Of a DNA stretch of 64,000 nucleotides, positions 39,210 to 48,928 are shown in pieces (positions within the stretch are counted from its first letter, which is position 1; every line of letters starts with the position of its first letter). The notes under the pieces are model-generated. The model saw nothing but the letters and a program-made list of their open reading frames with translations, was not told the DNA's origin and did not search any database. Source of the DNA: an uncultured Pseudomonadota bacterium (GTDB lineage Bacteria > Vulcanimicrobiota > Vulcanimicrobiia > Eremiobacterales > Eremiobacteraceae); contig CAVTNB010000001.1 in assembly GCA_963736005.1 (NCBI GenBank), positions 1,600,001-1,664,000 on the forward strand, written 5' to 3'. Both the position numbers and the translations under genes were made by a program.

Positions 39210-39940
39210 GAATGCTCGAGTGATTTGGGCAACGCCTCGTGGGCCGCGGCTAACTCTGCACAGATCTTCTGCACCGCAGCTCGAGGATCGGGCGCTTTGG
39301 TAATGGGTCTTCCAACGACGATGAAGTCGGCACCCGCCAGCACGGCCTCACTCGGTGTCGCGGTGCGCTTTTGATCGCCACTGGCTTCGCCCGACGGCCG
39401 GATGCCCGGACAGATGATGGTGAAGTCCGACGATGTGCGCGCGCGGACGATCGGCACCGCCTCGACCGGGCAGACGACGCCATCGAGTCCGCACTCTTGC
39501 GCGAGCGCGGCGCGCATACTCACGAGTTCATGCACCGATCGGTCGACACCGATCTCGCGCAAGTCTTCGTTGGAAATGCTCGTCAGCAGGGTGACGGCAA
39601 CTATTTTGAGCGAGCGTCCTGTTGCGTTGATTGCATCGCGCGCTTGTGCGGCGGCATTCATCATGCTTCTCCCGCCCTCAGCATGAACCGTGACGAACGA
39701 AGCTCCTGATCGCACGACGCTGCGGATCGCTCCGGCGACCGTATTCGGGATGTCGTGCAGCTTGAGGTCAAGGAAGATGTTACGTCGCGCCTCTCGCAGC
39801 TCGGCCATAATGTCGTTGCCGAACGAATAGTAGGCTTGATAGCCGACCTTGTACCACAAGACGTCAGCAGCGGTGTGTCTGAACACATCTTGTGCCTCTT
39901 CGAGTTTCGCTTCGTCGAGCGCGATCATCAGTTGCGTCAA
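39206..39940 (-). CDS. pyrF: Orotidine-5'-phosphate decarboxylase
   Basis: IALD, YKVG, FLDLKLHDIPNTV, PGIRP, VVGRPIT. Confidence 0.96.
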   Translation of the reverse strand: MTQLMIALDEAKLEEAQDVFRHTAADVLWYKVGYQAYYSFGNDIMAELREARRNIFLDLKLHDIPNTVAGAIRSVVRSGASFVTVHAEGGRSMMNAAAQARDAINATGRSLKIVAVTLLTSISNEDLREIGVDRSVHELVSMRAALAQECGLDGVVCPVEAVPIVRARTSSDFTIICPGIRPSGEASGDQKRTATPSEAVLAGADFIVVGRPITKAPDPRAAVQKICAELAAAHEALPKSLEHS

Positions 39941-40884
39941 TGAGGGCCATCCTTTTTCGCGTGCGCGTGGGCCAGACCCGTGAGTTCTCCGACCGAGCGG
40001 CAATGGCGGCGTCGCATTTCCGCCTCAATGCTTTCAACGACGCGCACGTGCGCGAGTGGGTCGCGGAAGTTCGCCGTACCGATGCCCACTGCCCTCGCAC
40101 CGGCGAACAAGAACTCCAATGCGTCATGGCCGGTTTCGAGCCCACCGATGCCAATGATGGGTATGGTCACCGCGTGCGCAACTTCCCAGACCGCATGCAC
40201 TGCGATCGGCCGAATGGCGGGGCCTGTCAAGCCACCCGACTCGTTGGCGAGCATCGGAAGCGCCCGCTCAATGTCGATCACCATGCCTCGCACCGCGTTG
40301 ATGAGCGACACGGCGTCCGCGCCAGCGTGTTGGGCCGCGCGAGCGATTGGCCGCAGGTCAGCAACGTTCGGCATGAGTTTCGGAATCACCGGCAGCTTCA
40401 CACGGGATTTGACTGCGTCAACGACCATTGCGAGCGAGGTCGGGTCCGCGGCGAAGCATTGACCTTCTCGATCCACGTTGGGGCAGGATACATCGAGCTC
40501 GATCGCCACGACATTGGGGATACCATCCATGGCCGCAGCAACGTCCGCGAATTCGACCACGCTGAATCCGGCGACGCTTGCGATCACGGCAGTCGGCACA
40601 TGCGCGAGCTCGGGCGCGACATGTTTGAGGAAGAAATCGATGCCCGGACCTTGCAAGCCGATGGCGTTGAGCAACCCGCTCGGCGTCGGAAACACGCGGG
40701 GCATGTCGTTGCCGAGCCTTGGGTGACGGGTGATGCTCTTGAGCGTGATGGCACCCCATGCGGCAAGGTCGATAATCTCCCCAAATTCCTCGCCCCGATT
40801 GTAGCAACCGCTCGCCGCGATGACCGGATTCTTCAACACAGCGCTGCCGAGCTTGACGGTAGTGTCGAGTGCTGTGCTACTCAC
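39937..40884 (-). CDS. pyrD: Dihydroorotate dehydrogenase (family 1B) catalytic subunit
   Basis: KNPVIAASG, LLNAIGLQGPG, VSCPN, GGLTGPAIRPIA. Confidence 0.95.
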   Translation of the reverse strand: MSSTALDTTVKLGSAVLKNPVIAASGCYNRGEEFGEIIDLAAWGAITLKSITRHPRLGNDMPRVFPTPSGLLNAIGLQGPGIDFFLKHVAPELAHVPTAVIASVAGFSVVEFADVAAAMDGIPNVVAIELDVSCPNVDREGQCFAADPTSLAMVVDAVKSRVKLPVIPKLMPNVADLRPIARAAQHAGADAVSLINAVRGMVIDIERALPMLANESGGLTGPAIRPIAVHAVWEVAHAVTIPIIGIGGLETGHDALEFLFAGARAVGIGTANFRDPLAHVRVVESIEAEMRRRHCRSVGELTGLAHAHAKKDGPH

Positions 40885-41705
40885 GCTTTCCAAACCACCT
40901 CAGCGGCGGAGAACACGGTTCCGTCGGCGCACACGCGCGCAAAGTCAAAGTCGCGCTGCTCGCCGGGAGCTTTGGGATACCCGGTCCCTTGCGTGCTGCC
41001 GCGCCGAACGGCGACGACGCATCCCCAACAGGTGCCCATCGAGCAGCCGAATGTTTCCTCCATTGATATCTGGCACCGAATGCTTGCTGCGTTGGCATGC
41101 GCGCAGAGCGCGCGGAGCATGCCGCGCGGCCCACAGCCATAAAGCATACCGGGTGGCGGAAGGCTGCGCAACCGCTCCACCACGTTGCCGTGGAAGCCGA
41201 AGCTGCCGTCATCAGTGCAGACTTCAATGGGAAATCCGAAAGCGGCCAATTCCTCGCGTCCGACGACATGATCCTTCGAGCGCGCGCCGAGGACGATTGT
41301 GGTGTCGATGCCCGCCGCCTGCAAGTCGCGCGACAGCATCCAAAAGGCGGCAACGCCCAAGCCGCCCGCGATGATCGTGGCCTTTGACCCGCGCTTGGGA
41401 AGGGTGAACTCGTTGCCCAAAGGTCCAAGACACGAGATTTCCTCACCCTTGGGCAATGCCGCGAGACAGCTCGTCCGCTCTCCCCATTCTTGGAAGAGGA
41501 GGCCGAACTCGTCGTCACTCGCCGTGTAGATTCCTAGGGGAAGTCGAACAGCAAAACCGCCGGGCAGGTCAAGGGCAACGTATTGCGCCGGGCCCGCATT
41601 TCGTGCTACGTGTTGGCAGCGCAAGCGCACATACCAAAAACCGGGAGCTCTAAACTCCCGGTTTACAACAGTCGCGGTACACAGCCGCGGCGCTTTCATC
41701 GGCAT
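40881..41705 (-). CDS. pyrK: Dihydroorotate dehydrogenase electron transfer subunit
   Basis: GPLGN.F, AGGLGVA, TDDGS.G, CGP, CSMGTCWGC...VC 2Fe-2S motif. Confidence 0.9.
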   Translation of the reverse strand: MPMKAPRLCTATVVNREFRAPGFWYVRLRCQHVARNAGPAQYVALDLPGGFAVRLPLGIYTASDDEFGLLFQEWGERTSCLAALPKGEEISCLGPLGNEFTLPKRGSKATIIAGGLGVAAFWMLSRDLQAAGIDTTIVLGARSKDHVVGREELAAFGFPIEVCTDDGSFGFHGNVVERLRSLPPPGMLYGCGPRGMLRALCAHANAASIRCQISMEETFGCSMGTCWGCVVAVRRGSTQGTGYPKAPGEQRDFDFARVCADGTVFSAAEVVWKA

Positions 41706-41852
41706 TCCACTACCCACTTTCGCGTCAGTTAGACGTGCACCCTCGAACGTGTGCACGATCATAAGAATCCGATGAGATGCTCCAGACGGGACGGTCCTTA
41801 GTAACGTTTGCCTACCTTGGGTAGTTCTATGGGTGAAAGGCTCACGTGGATC

Positions 41853-41990
41853 ATGCAAGGCGTACTCGTACTCAAGACAATGGCCGACGCACTCGCTGCA
41901 GGCTTCGAGTATTTTGACCGAACCGCCGACGGCTATCTCGTGCGCAAGAAAACACCGCGCGGCTGGGCACTCGCAATCGTCCTGAAATAG
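41853..41990 (+). CDS. Small 45-aa hypothetical protein
   Basis: MQGVLVLKTMADALAAGFEYFDRTADGYLVRKKTPRGWALAIVLK; own intergenic slot, followed by hairpins. Confidence 0.55.
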   Translation: MQGVLVLKTMADALAAGFEYFDRTADGYLVRKKTPRGWALAIVLK

Positions 41991-42000
41991 CTTAACGTCT

Positions 42001-42057
42001 GTAGGGGGCGATTGGAAAATCGCCCCAGCGTTCTCAAGCGGACCTAATGGTCCGCTT
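42001..42057. repeat. GTAG-type REP hairpin pair
   Basis: GTAG-GGGGCGATT-GGAA-AATCGCCCC and AAGCGGACC-TAAT-GGTCCGCTT. Confidence 0.75.
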
Positions 42058-42058
42058 T

Positions 42059-42781
42059 TTACTTCACTAAATAGACGACAAAGACCGTCGCCGTGACCGT
42101 ATCGGTGCCTGCCAGGATCGGAGCCGCGGCCGAGGCCATAACGCGCATCATCGGTTGTGGGCCCATCTGCTCCTGCGTATTGCTTATGGAGGCGACCCGA
42201 ACGATTGTGAGATGAGCGGCGCTCGCAATGGCCTCTGCAGTGGAACGCGCAGACTGCACCGCTTTGGCTAGCGCTGTGCGATAGAGCGCATCTGCGTTGC
42301 TCGATTGATACGTCAAGCCATACGAGGTGTTCGCTCCGGCAGTGATTGCCGCGTCGAGTACAGCTCCCGCTGACCTTACAGGCGTTGTGACCTGCAGCAT
42401 CTCCGATGCCACGTACGACCCCGCGGTCGTGGACGCCATCGTGCTCACCATGGCACCTTGCTGCTGCGCCGGCGGTTGCGGTTCGCGATATTCGAGATTG
42501 TAGCCTGAGGTTTGGATCGACCGTTCGCTGATGCCCTGGCGCTGAATGGCCGCAACAACCTGTGCCGCTGTCTGGTTCACCGTGGCTGCTGCAGCGGAGG
42601 CACTGGCAGCCTGCGCTCGGATGCCAAGCTGCACGCGCGCGATGTCCGGCACGTAGTCGACGCTGCCGTTCGCGGACACGGTAATAGTGGGAGGCATCGG
42701 CTCCCTCACTTGGCCGCTAGCGGTTTGTGCGGCAAAAGTCAGCGCAGCAAGCGTTGCGAACGCAGTAATGATGGCCTTCAT
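42059..42781 (-). CDS. SIMPL/DUF541 domain secreted protein
   Basis: Signal peptide; TITVSANGSVDYVPDIA.V.LGI, IQTSGYNL, A..AV..AR..AEAIA. Confidence 0.88.
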   Translation of the reverse strand: MKAIITAFATLAALTFAAQTASGQVREPMPPTITVSANGSVDYVPDIARVQLGIRAQAASASAAAATVNQTAAQVVAAIQRQGISERSIQTSGYNLEYREPQPPAQQQGAMVSTMASTTAGSYVASEMLQVTTPVRSAGAVLDAAITAGANTSYGLTYQSSNADALYRTALAKAVQSARSTAEAIASAAHLTIVRVASISNTQEQMGPQPMMRVMASAAAPILAGTDTVTATVFVVYLVK

Positions 42782-42798
42782 TGGGGAGCCTCCTCGGG

Positions 42799-42864
42799 AG
42801 CGGACCTAAAGGTCCGCTGCTACATGGGCGTTTAAATAGGGCGATTTTTCCAATCGCCCGCTAC
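42799..42864 (-). repeat. GTAG-type REP hairpin pair (reverse orientation)
   Basis: AGCGGACC-TAAA-GGTCCGCT-GCTAC and GGGCGATT-TTTCC-AATCGCCC-GCTAC. Confidence 0.75.
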
Positions 42865-42866
42865 GT

Positions 42867-43406
42867 TTAATGGGGCGGGCGGAAATGCGTGCGGTCGATT
42901 GCTTCGTACCTCGTCGTCGGACCTGCCGGCAACGATTGGAACAGCGTCAAGCCGTCTACGTGCAGGCGAGCACCGTTGGCAAGCTCGGGTAATGTCAGCG
43001 CCGCAACGTGCTTCACTCGGCAGATCGTGACGTGCGGCGTCGCCTTGCTTTCGAAACGAAAGCCGAGCCGTTCGAATCCAGCGCGCACGGTCTGGGCGCA
43101 CGAAGTAAAACCGCGGCTCTCCTGCGTCGAACCGATCCAGAGCGTATGCGGCCGGCGGGCATTGGGGAACGCTCCCAACCTATCGAAGTCGATCCAAAAC
43201 GACTTGTGCTGCCCGCTCGAGCGGAAGGTTTCCAAGACTGGTTGCAGTTGGTCGTCTGGAACACTACCTAAGAAGGCCGTGGTGACATGCAGTTTCTCAG
43301 GAAACTCGTACCGACCCGGCACGCCGGCTTCCCTAAGGGCAGACGCCGCCTGGGCCGCGAGGGCGCGAACGGCATCGTTGAGCTCAATCGCGACGAACAG
43401 GCGCAC
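42867..43406 (-). CDS. thpR: RNA 2',3'-cyclic phosphodiesterase (2H family)
   Basis: MRLFVAI, two HxT motifs (LHVT, PHVT), LGAFP. Confidence 0.92.
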   Translation of the reverse strand: MRLFVAIELNDAVRALAAQAASALREAGVPGRYEFPEKLHVTTAFLGSVPDDQLQPVLETFRSSGQHKSFWIDFDRLGAFPNARRPHTLWIGSTQESRGFTSCAQTVRAGFERLGFRFESKATPHVTICRVKHVAALTLPELANGARLHVDGLTLFQSLPAGPTTRYEAIDRTHFRPPH

Positions 43407-43503
43407 TCGGGCCTATGATTCGCACCACACCACAGCCTGTCCCGCGCCCCATTTTCACAGGTGGTTAATGAAGAGCGCCGTCATGGCCGAGTAGATTTAG
43501 TGT

Positions 43504-44202
43504 ATGGAAGCCGCCCCCCAGGTGTCTGCTCGGCCATCCAAGCAGCGGATATTGATCGTCGAGGACGATGCGAACATCGCTCGGGTGCTCCAATTGGAGC
43601 TCGAGCACGAGGGCTTTGAAGTCGAGGTCTGCGGCGACGGCGCCAGCGCCATCGAGCGTGCCCTCAAAGCACCGGACCTCATCGTCTTGGACGTGCTCTT
43701 GCCACGCATCGACGGTCTGGAAGTATGCCGGCGCGTTCGCAAGCACTCGTCGGTTCCCATCATCATGCTGACCGCAAAGGATGCGGTACCAGATCGCATC
43801 ACAGGATTGGATACGGGCGCGAATGATTATTTGACCAAGCCCTTTTCCATCGAAGAGCTGCTGGCCCGCATTCGCGTGCAGCTACGCGAACGAGAGCCCG
43901 GTCCGCGCGTGCTGAGTGCAAAAGACCTTTCATTGAATCGCGATACGCGAGAAGTGGCTCGCAACGGACGGCATATCTCCCTGACCGCAAAAGAATTCTC
44001 CCTGCTTGAATTCCTCCTCATGTACCCGAACAAAGTCCACTCGCGCGACGAGATCTTCAACAGCGTTTGGGGATCGGACTTCTTGGGCGAATCAAACCTC
44101 ATCGACGTCTATATCCGGTACCTGCGCAACAAGGTTGACGTCGGCAGTGAAGAAAAGTTGATTCAAACAGTTCGGGGAGTCGGCTATTCACTCCGCAACT
44201 AA
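43504..44202 (+). CDS. OmpR-family response regulator
   Basis: ILIVEDD, VLDVLLP, MLTA, KPF, winged-helix QTVRGVGY. Confidence 0.96.
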   Translation: MEAAPQVSARPSKQRILIVEDDANIARVLQLELEHEGFEVEVCGDGASAIERALKAPDLIVLDVLLPRIDGLEVCRRVRKHSSVPIIMLTAKDAVPDRITGLDTGANDYLTKPFSIEELLARIRVQLREREPGPRVLSAKDLSLNRDTREVARNGRHISLTAKEFSLLEFLLMYPNKVHSRDEIFNSVWGSDFLGESNLIDVYIRYLRNKVDVGSEEKLIQTVRGVGYSLRN

Positions 44203-45670
44203 CACACAGCAGATACCCTTCTTCGCGAGCCTCCGTTCCCGCATCACCTTCGCGTACGCAGGCGTGCTCGCACTCTTGATGATCGTCTTCGTGGGGGTCA
44301 TCTACGGCGGCGCGCGCAGCGTCTTGCTGGCGGCGGCAGCCGACCGCGTGAGCGGCGTGTCCCAAGAGATGCTGCGAGAGCTGCAAGCGCTCAACAGTAG
44401 CAACCCGTTCGGGGCCGTTCCCGTGCGTACGTCCCTCGCCAACCAAGATTTTCTCAATGGATTTTCAGGCACCGGTCTGTACATCGAAGCCTTCAATCAG
44501 TATGGCGAGCCGATCGGTAAGAGCGCAAACTTGGGCACCCGCGACTTACCGACGCAATTGACCAAACTCAACCAGCCACGGATCTTTGGAGCGAATGAAG
44601 ATTGGGGCGTTGCCACCATGGACTCGGGCCGCGTACTTGTGAACAAACTGACGCTGCGTTCGGGTAGTGCAGTCGAGGCAACCGTCTACATCGCCGAGTC
44701 GCTCAGCAGCACGGACGCTATCCTCAAGAGCTTCCGAGGCTTCCTCGTGCTCGGGCTGATCGTGGCGCTTGTGTTTATCGCTCTTGCGAGCACGTCGCTG
44801 GCTCGCGCGGCGCTGGGGCCTATTGACGCGATCGCTCGAGCGGCGCAAGAGATCAGCGGTGAGGATCTGGCGAAGCGACTCAATTGGAAGGGGCGCCCCG
44901 ATGAACTTGGCGCCCTCGCGCAAACTTTCGACGCCATGCTTGAACGGCTCGAGTCCGCCTTCGCCCGCGAGCGCCGTTTCATCGCCGACGCTTCGCACGA
45001 ACTTAAAACGCCGCTCACGGTCATCAATGCGAATTCCCAAATGCTCGCGCGCTGGGGCGCTCGCAATCCGGACATCATGGCCGAGGCGCTGAAGACGATC
45101 GAGATGGAAAGCGCCACGATGGCGCGGGTCATCAATGCCATGCTCACGCTTGCAAAGACCGACGATCCAAAGGCGCTCGCGCTCGAACGGGTTGACTTTA
45201 GTCAAGTCGTACGCGAAGTGGGCATCGCCATGCAACCTAACGCCCACGCGAAGGGACTGTCCTTACGGGTCGAGGTCGATGAAGACGCGGAGGCAAACGT
45301 GCACGGCGAGCCGAGCCTTTTGCGGCAGCTCGTCCAAAACCTCACCGAAAACGCAATCAAGTTCACCCCGAGTGGCGCAGTCACACTCGCTGTGCATCGC
45401 GATGACGGACACGTGGAACTGCGCGTGAAGGATACCGGAACTGGTATTCCGGGCGATGCGCTCCCGCATATCTTCGAACGATTTTATCGCGCTGACCCGG
45501 CACGTTCGCGCAACGTTGACGGAACCGGCTTGGGCTTGGCGGTCGTCAACAACATCGTTCGCGTGCACGGCGGCAAGATCGCCGTCGCGAGCGAACCGGG
45601 CGGAGGCACGACCTTCACTGTCGACTTGCCCCTCGAAAGACCTTCACAGCCGTCGCCCAAAGCGGCCTAA
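44186..45670 (+). CDS. HAMP-domain sensor histidine kinase (start uncertain)
   Basis: Two TM, HAMP, ASHELKTP, NL.ENAIKF, DTGTGI, GTGLGL. Confidence 0.93.
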   Translation: MHSATNTQQIPFFASLRSRITFAYAGVLALLMIVFVGVIYGGARSVLLAAAADRVSGVSQEMLRELQALNSSNPFGAVPVRTSLANQDFLNGFSGTGLYIEAFNQYGEPIGKSANLGTRDLPTQLTKLNQPRIFGANEDWGVATMDSGRVLVNKLTLRSGSAVEATVYIAESLSSTDAILKSFRGFLVLGLIVALVFIALASTSLARAALGPIDAIARAAQEISGEDLAKRLNWKGRPDELGALAQTFDAMLERLESAFARERRFIADASHELKTPLTVINANSQMLARWGARNPDIMAEALKTIEMESATMARVINAMLTLAKTDDPKALALERVDFSQVVREVGIAMQPNAHAKGLSLRVEVDEDAEANVHGEPSLLRQLVQNLTENAIKFTPSGAVTLAVHRDDGHVELRVKDTGTGIPGDALPHIFERFYRADPARSRNVDGTGLGLAVVNNIVRVHGGKIAVASEPGGGTTFTVDLPLERPSQPSPKAA

Positions 45671-45787
45671 ACCCTCGTTTTCTCACACCATCCTCATCTA
45701 GGCCTTAGAGGCCGCTCATGCGGGTATGCCGATGGGTTGAGTAAGATGAGGTGAAGCCCTGTGCTCCCTCCGAATCGCTCTCCAGGC

Positions 45788-46723
45788 ATGCTAAACAAAC
45801 TCGCTCTCGTCGCCGCCTTTGCCACTCTGCTTCTCCTGCCGCTGCCTGGTGCGCATCTACCTGCGCTCGCCGATGATGTCCCCATCTCAAGCGCTCCCGT
45901 CCTCACCATTCACTCAACCGGGGGGACCATTCACATCTATTCGGCCGATGCATCCGCCGTTCACGTTCGACCAGGGGTAGGCGGACAGAGAATTGGGGTT
46001 TCGCGTTTCACACCAGGGCAATTCACGAATGCGCCGATGCTGCCGGCACAGCAAGTGTGCAGGGGCATTGGACGCAGATTCCGGTGTTATCGGCTACCCG
46101 CTCGACAATTTTCCGTACCACCGGCGCTGTATGGAAGCGAAGGGGTGCATCTTGAGAATCCTGGAGGCGACATGTCGGTGGGAGTGCCCAACCACGTCGG
46201 CGCGATCTTCATCAATGCAGAACAGGGCAATGTTGAAGTTGAAAAACTCCGGGGGCCATTTATCATCCAGGCATCCGGCGGCGACGTCCACCTCAAGAAT
46301 GTGCTGGGGCGAGGGTTGATTCGCACGACGGCCGGCAACATCACGTTGGCGGGCGTTGGTGGCGATGTCCATCTTGTCACGCTCGGCGGCGCGATTACGG
46401 TTTTTGGCAGCTATGCGAGCAAGGCCGACGTTCAAAGCGACAGCGGGCCAATCACGTGGCGATTCGCACACATGGGTTCGGGTCCGTACAAATTTGCGTC
46501 GCAGCAAGGCGCCATTCATCTGCAGTTCTTGCCTGGCGTTGCTGCTCAAGTGGACGCTCAAAGCCCGGGTGGCACCGTGACCAACCTCCTCCCTGGCGCG
46601 CCGGCGGTGGCATCGCCACAGCAGGCGATGTCCATTGCGGTCAATGGCGGTGGGCCCGAGATTACGGTCACGTCCGCCGGTGGCGATATCACGATCGAGC
46701 AAGTCGCTCCGCCGCAGCAATAA
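45788..46723 (+). CDS. Secreted DUF4097/adhesin-like beta-strand repeat protein
   Basis: Signal peptide; repeated SGGDV / TAGNI / DSGPI / SAGGDI units. Confidence 0.7.
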   Translation: MLNKLALVAAFATLLLLPLPGAHLPALADDVPISSAPVLTIHSTGGTIHIYSADASAVHVRPGVGGQRIGVSRFTPGQFTNAPMLPAQQVCRGIGRRFRCYRLPARQFSVPPALYGSEGVHLENPGGDMSVGVPNHVGAIFINAEQGNVEVEKLRGPFIIQASGGDVHLKNVLGRGLIRTTAGNITLAGVGGDVHLVTLGGAITVFGSYASKADVQSDSGPITWRFAHMGSGPYKFASQQGAIHLQFLPGVAAQVDAQSPGGTVTNLLPGAPAVASPQQAMSIAVNGGGPEITVTSAGGDITIEQVAPPQQ

Positions 46724-46727
46724 CTCT

Positions 46728-46783
46728 GTAGGGGGCGATTGGAAAATCGCCCCAAAAAAGGGCGCCTAAAGGTGCGCCGCTAC
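46728..46783. repeat. GTAG-type REP hairpin pair (inverted)
   Basis: 46725-46754 identical over 30 bp to 41998-42027; followed by GGCGCC-TAAA-GGTGCGCC-GCTAC. Confidence 0.75.
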
Positions 46784-46805
46784 ATTGCTTTGTAACGGAG
46801 GCTGC

Positions 46806-47630
46806 GTGCAACTGCATGAGAGAACAGCGGCGATCGGCGACACTGAAATCTTCTATCGAGAAGCCGGTACCGGGAGTCCACTCTTGCTCCTGCACGGATT
46901 TGGCCATTCATCCACCGCGTGGCTGCGAACGATGCCCATATTGTCAGCGCACCACAAAACACTCGCGCCGGACCTCCCAGGGTATGGCCGCAGTTCGATC
47001 GTTTTAGCGCCTGACGATCCGCCCTACTTCGCGAAGTTCGTCATTGACTTTCTCGAGCGTCTCGAGCTTTTCGGCGTCGACGTTGTAGGCAATTCTTTGG
47101 GCGGCCTCATCTCATTGCTGGCAGCGCTCGAGCGACCGGATCTTTTTCGCAAGATCGTCCTTGTCGATCCGGCCGGATTCACAAAGGGCCCCATCCCGCC
47201 GCTTGACGATGCGCTGCTCGCGCTCATGGGCTTTTGGCTATCGCTGCCCCGATCGAGAGCGCTCATTCGGGCTGGTTACGCCTCCGGTTTCTTTGACGCC
47301 GGTCACGTCGATGAGGAATCAGTCACGGAAATCGTCGCGCGCTCGACGCATCCCGAGGCACTGCAGGTTAGCAGTCGAACGCTCCACGAGATGTTTCACT
47401 TTTCGCGGCATTTGGATCGCTTTCACGCACGGCTCGCAAGCTTAAAGGCTCCGACCATGGTCGTCTGGGGCCAGAACGATCCCGTGCTGCCAGCCAAGGA
47501 TGCGAACACCGCGCGGCGGGTGCTCCCTGCCTCGCGCATCGAAGTGCTGGAGCGTTGCGGGCATCTCCCCCATATCGAATTGCCCACGGCCTTTAGCTCG
47601 CTTGTTTTGAATTTTTTGGATGCGGCGTGA
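46806..47630 (+). CDS. Alpha/beta hydrolase
   Basis: LLHGFG, DLPGYG, GNSLGG, WGQND, GHLPH. Confidence 0.92.
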   Translation: MQLHERTAAIGDTEIFYREAGTGSPLLLLHGFGHSSTAWLRTMPILSAHHKTLAPDLPGYGRSSIVLAPDDPPYFAKFVIDFLERLELFGVDVVGNSLGGLISLLAALERPDLFRKIVLVDPAGFTKGPIPPLDDALLALMGFWLSLPRSRALIRAGYASGFFDAGHVDEESVTEIVARSTHPEALQVSSRTLHEMFHFSRHLDRFHARLASLKAPTMVVWGQNDPVLPAKDANTARRVLPASRIEVLERCGHLPHIELPTAFSSLVLNFLDAA

Positions 47631-48928
47631 ATCTCGCTCTTTGTTTTATCGTGACTTTCCTCGTCGGCAGCCGCGCGCCGGCAGCAGCAACCCCCGGCTC
47701 TCCCGCTCCATCTCCCGTCGCTACCACAACCTCGAGCCCACTGCCGACATCCTCGCCCTCGCCGACACCATCACCATCACCTTCGCCGATCGTGCCTCCC
47801 AAAGACGCACCCGCGGTTCGCGCGACAACGCCACCCTTCTCGGCGCCGCTCATCCACACTGGGCCGCGTCCGCCCGACAGCATGTGGTTCGGCGACAATG
47901 CTTCGATTGCCGTACCCATGACGCTGCATGGCGGCCGACCATATATCGATGTGATTGTTAACGGGCATCCGGCAACTTTATTGGTTGATAGCTCTGCCGT
48001 GACAACGCTGATTGATGCGGATGCTCTCGAAGGCCAATCGCAAAGTGCGGTGCTTTCCTTGCAGATTGCCGACCTGCGCTTCCCGCGCTTGTCGGTGCAA
48101 GCCACAAAAGTTCGGTCGTATACGGAGACGAATCTTGGCGTCGCAGCCGACGGCATCATCGGCGCCGACTTGCTCGGACGTTATCCGGTAAACTTTGACT
48201 TTCCAAATCGGATGCTGACCATCTATCGCGACAGTCACAGCGCCGCTGCTGCCCAGCCACAGTCCGCGACGACCGCCGCCATGCGCGTCATTGATGGTCG
48301 CCCCGCGGTTGAAGCGTCCCTTGACGGCGACCGCGGATTGTGGTTTTCGCTCGCGACTGGAGTGGCAGACGACGTGCAACTCGAACCGGCTGTGGATCAC
48401 GCAAGCCGCCTCGCTCGTCAGCCCTCGTTACCCTACGAAGCGATGACAGCAAACGGCGGTGAAAGCGGAAGGCTCGTGCGCGCACGTGCGCTCGCACTTG
48501 GGGGAGTGACGTTCTTTCAACCCCTCGTAGCCATCGTCAATGCGCAGCGTCCGGCTTCCGAACTTGCAGGATCGCTGGGCGCAAACATGCTCTCGAAGCT
48601 CAACCTCTTTATCGATGAGAGCTCCTCAAACTTGGAATTTATCGCACCCCCGGGCGCCACATCGCCCGCCCTGTATGACCCAAGCGGAATCTCCCTCGTG
48701 GTGAGCCATGGTGCAATCGTCATCCGCGAAACCATTCCCGGATCCCCGGCGGATGATGCTCACTTGAGGCCGGGCGACGAAATCATTTCACTTAACGGCC
48801 TCGCGCCCGCCACCTTGGATTTTACGCGCGAGCTCTTAAACGGCAGTCCCGGTTCGAAGATTGTCGTCGTCTACCGGCGCTGGCGCATCACACGGTCGGC
48901 AACCCTGACGCTGCGCGTGTTACTCTAG
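47627..48928 (+). CDS. Secreted tandem retropepsin-like (aspartyl protease fold) + PDZ protein
   Basis: PYIDVIVNG, LLVDSSA, DGIIGADLL; C-terminal PGSPA..A.LRPGDEI. Confidence 0.75.
   Translation: MNLALCFIVTFLVGSRAPAAATPGSPAPSPVATTTSSPLPTSSPSPTPSPSPSPIVPPKDAPAVRATTPPFSAPLIHTGPRPPDSMWFGDNASIAVPMTLHGGRPYIDVIVNGHPATLLVDSSAVTTLIDADALEGQSQSAVLSLQIADLRFPRLSVQATKVRSYTETNLGVAADGIIGADLLGRYPVNFDFPNRMLTIYRDSHSAAAAQPQSATTAAMRVIDGRPAVEASLDGDRGLWFSLATGVADDVQLEPAVDHASRLARQPSLPYEAMTANGGESGRLVRARALALGGVTFFQPLVAIVNAQRPASELAGSLGANMLSKLNLFIDESSSNLEFIAPPGATSPALYDPSGISLVVSHGAIVIRETIPGSPADDAHLRPGDEIISLNGLAPATLDFTRELLNGSPGSKIVVVYRRWRITRSATLTLRVLL

Noticed and set aside
39892..41142. 416-aa plus-strand ORF opposite pyrD/pyrK
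   Set aside because: Antisense shadow typical of high-GC coding DNA.
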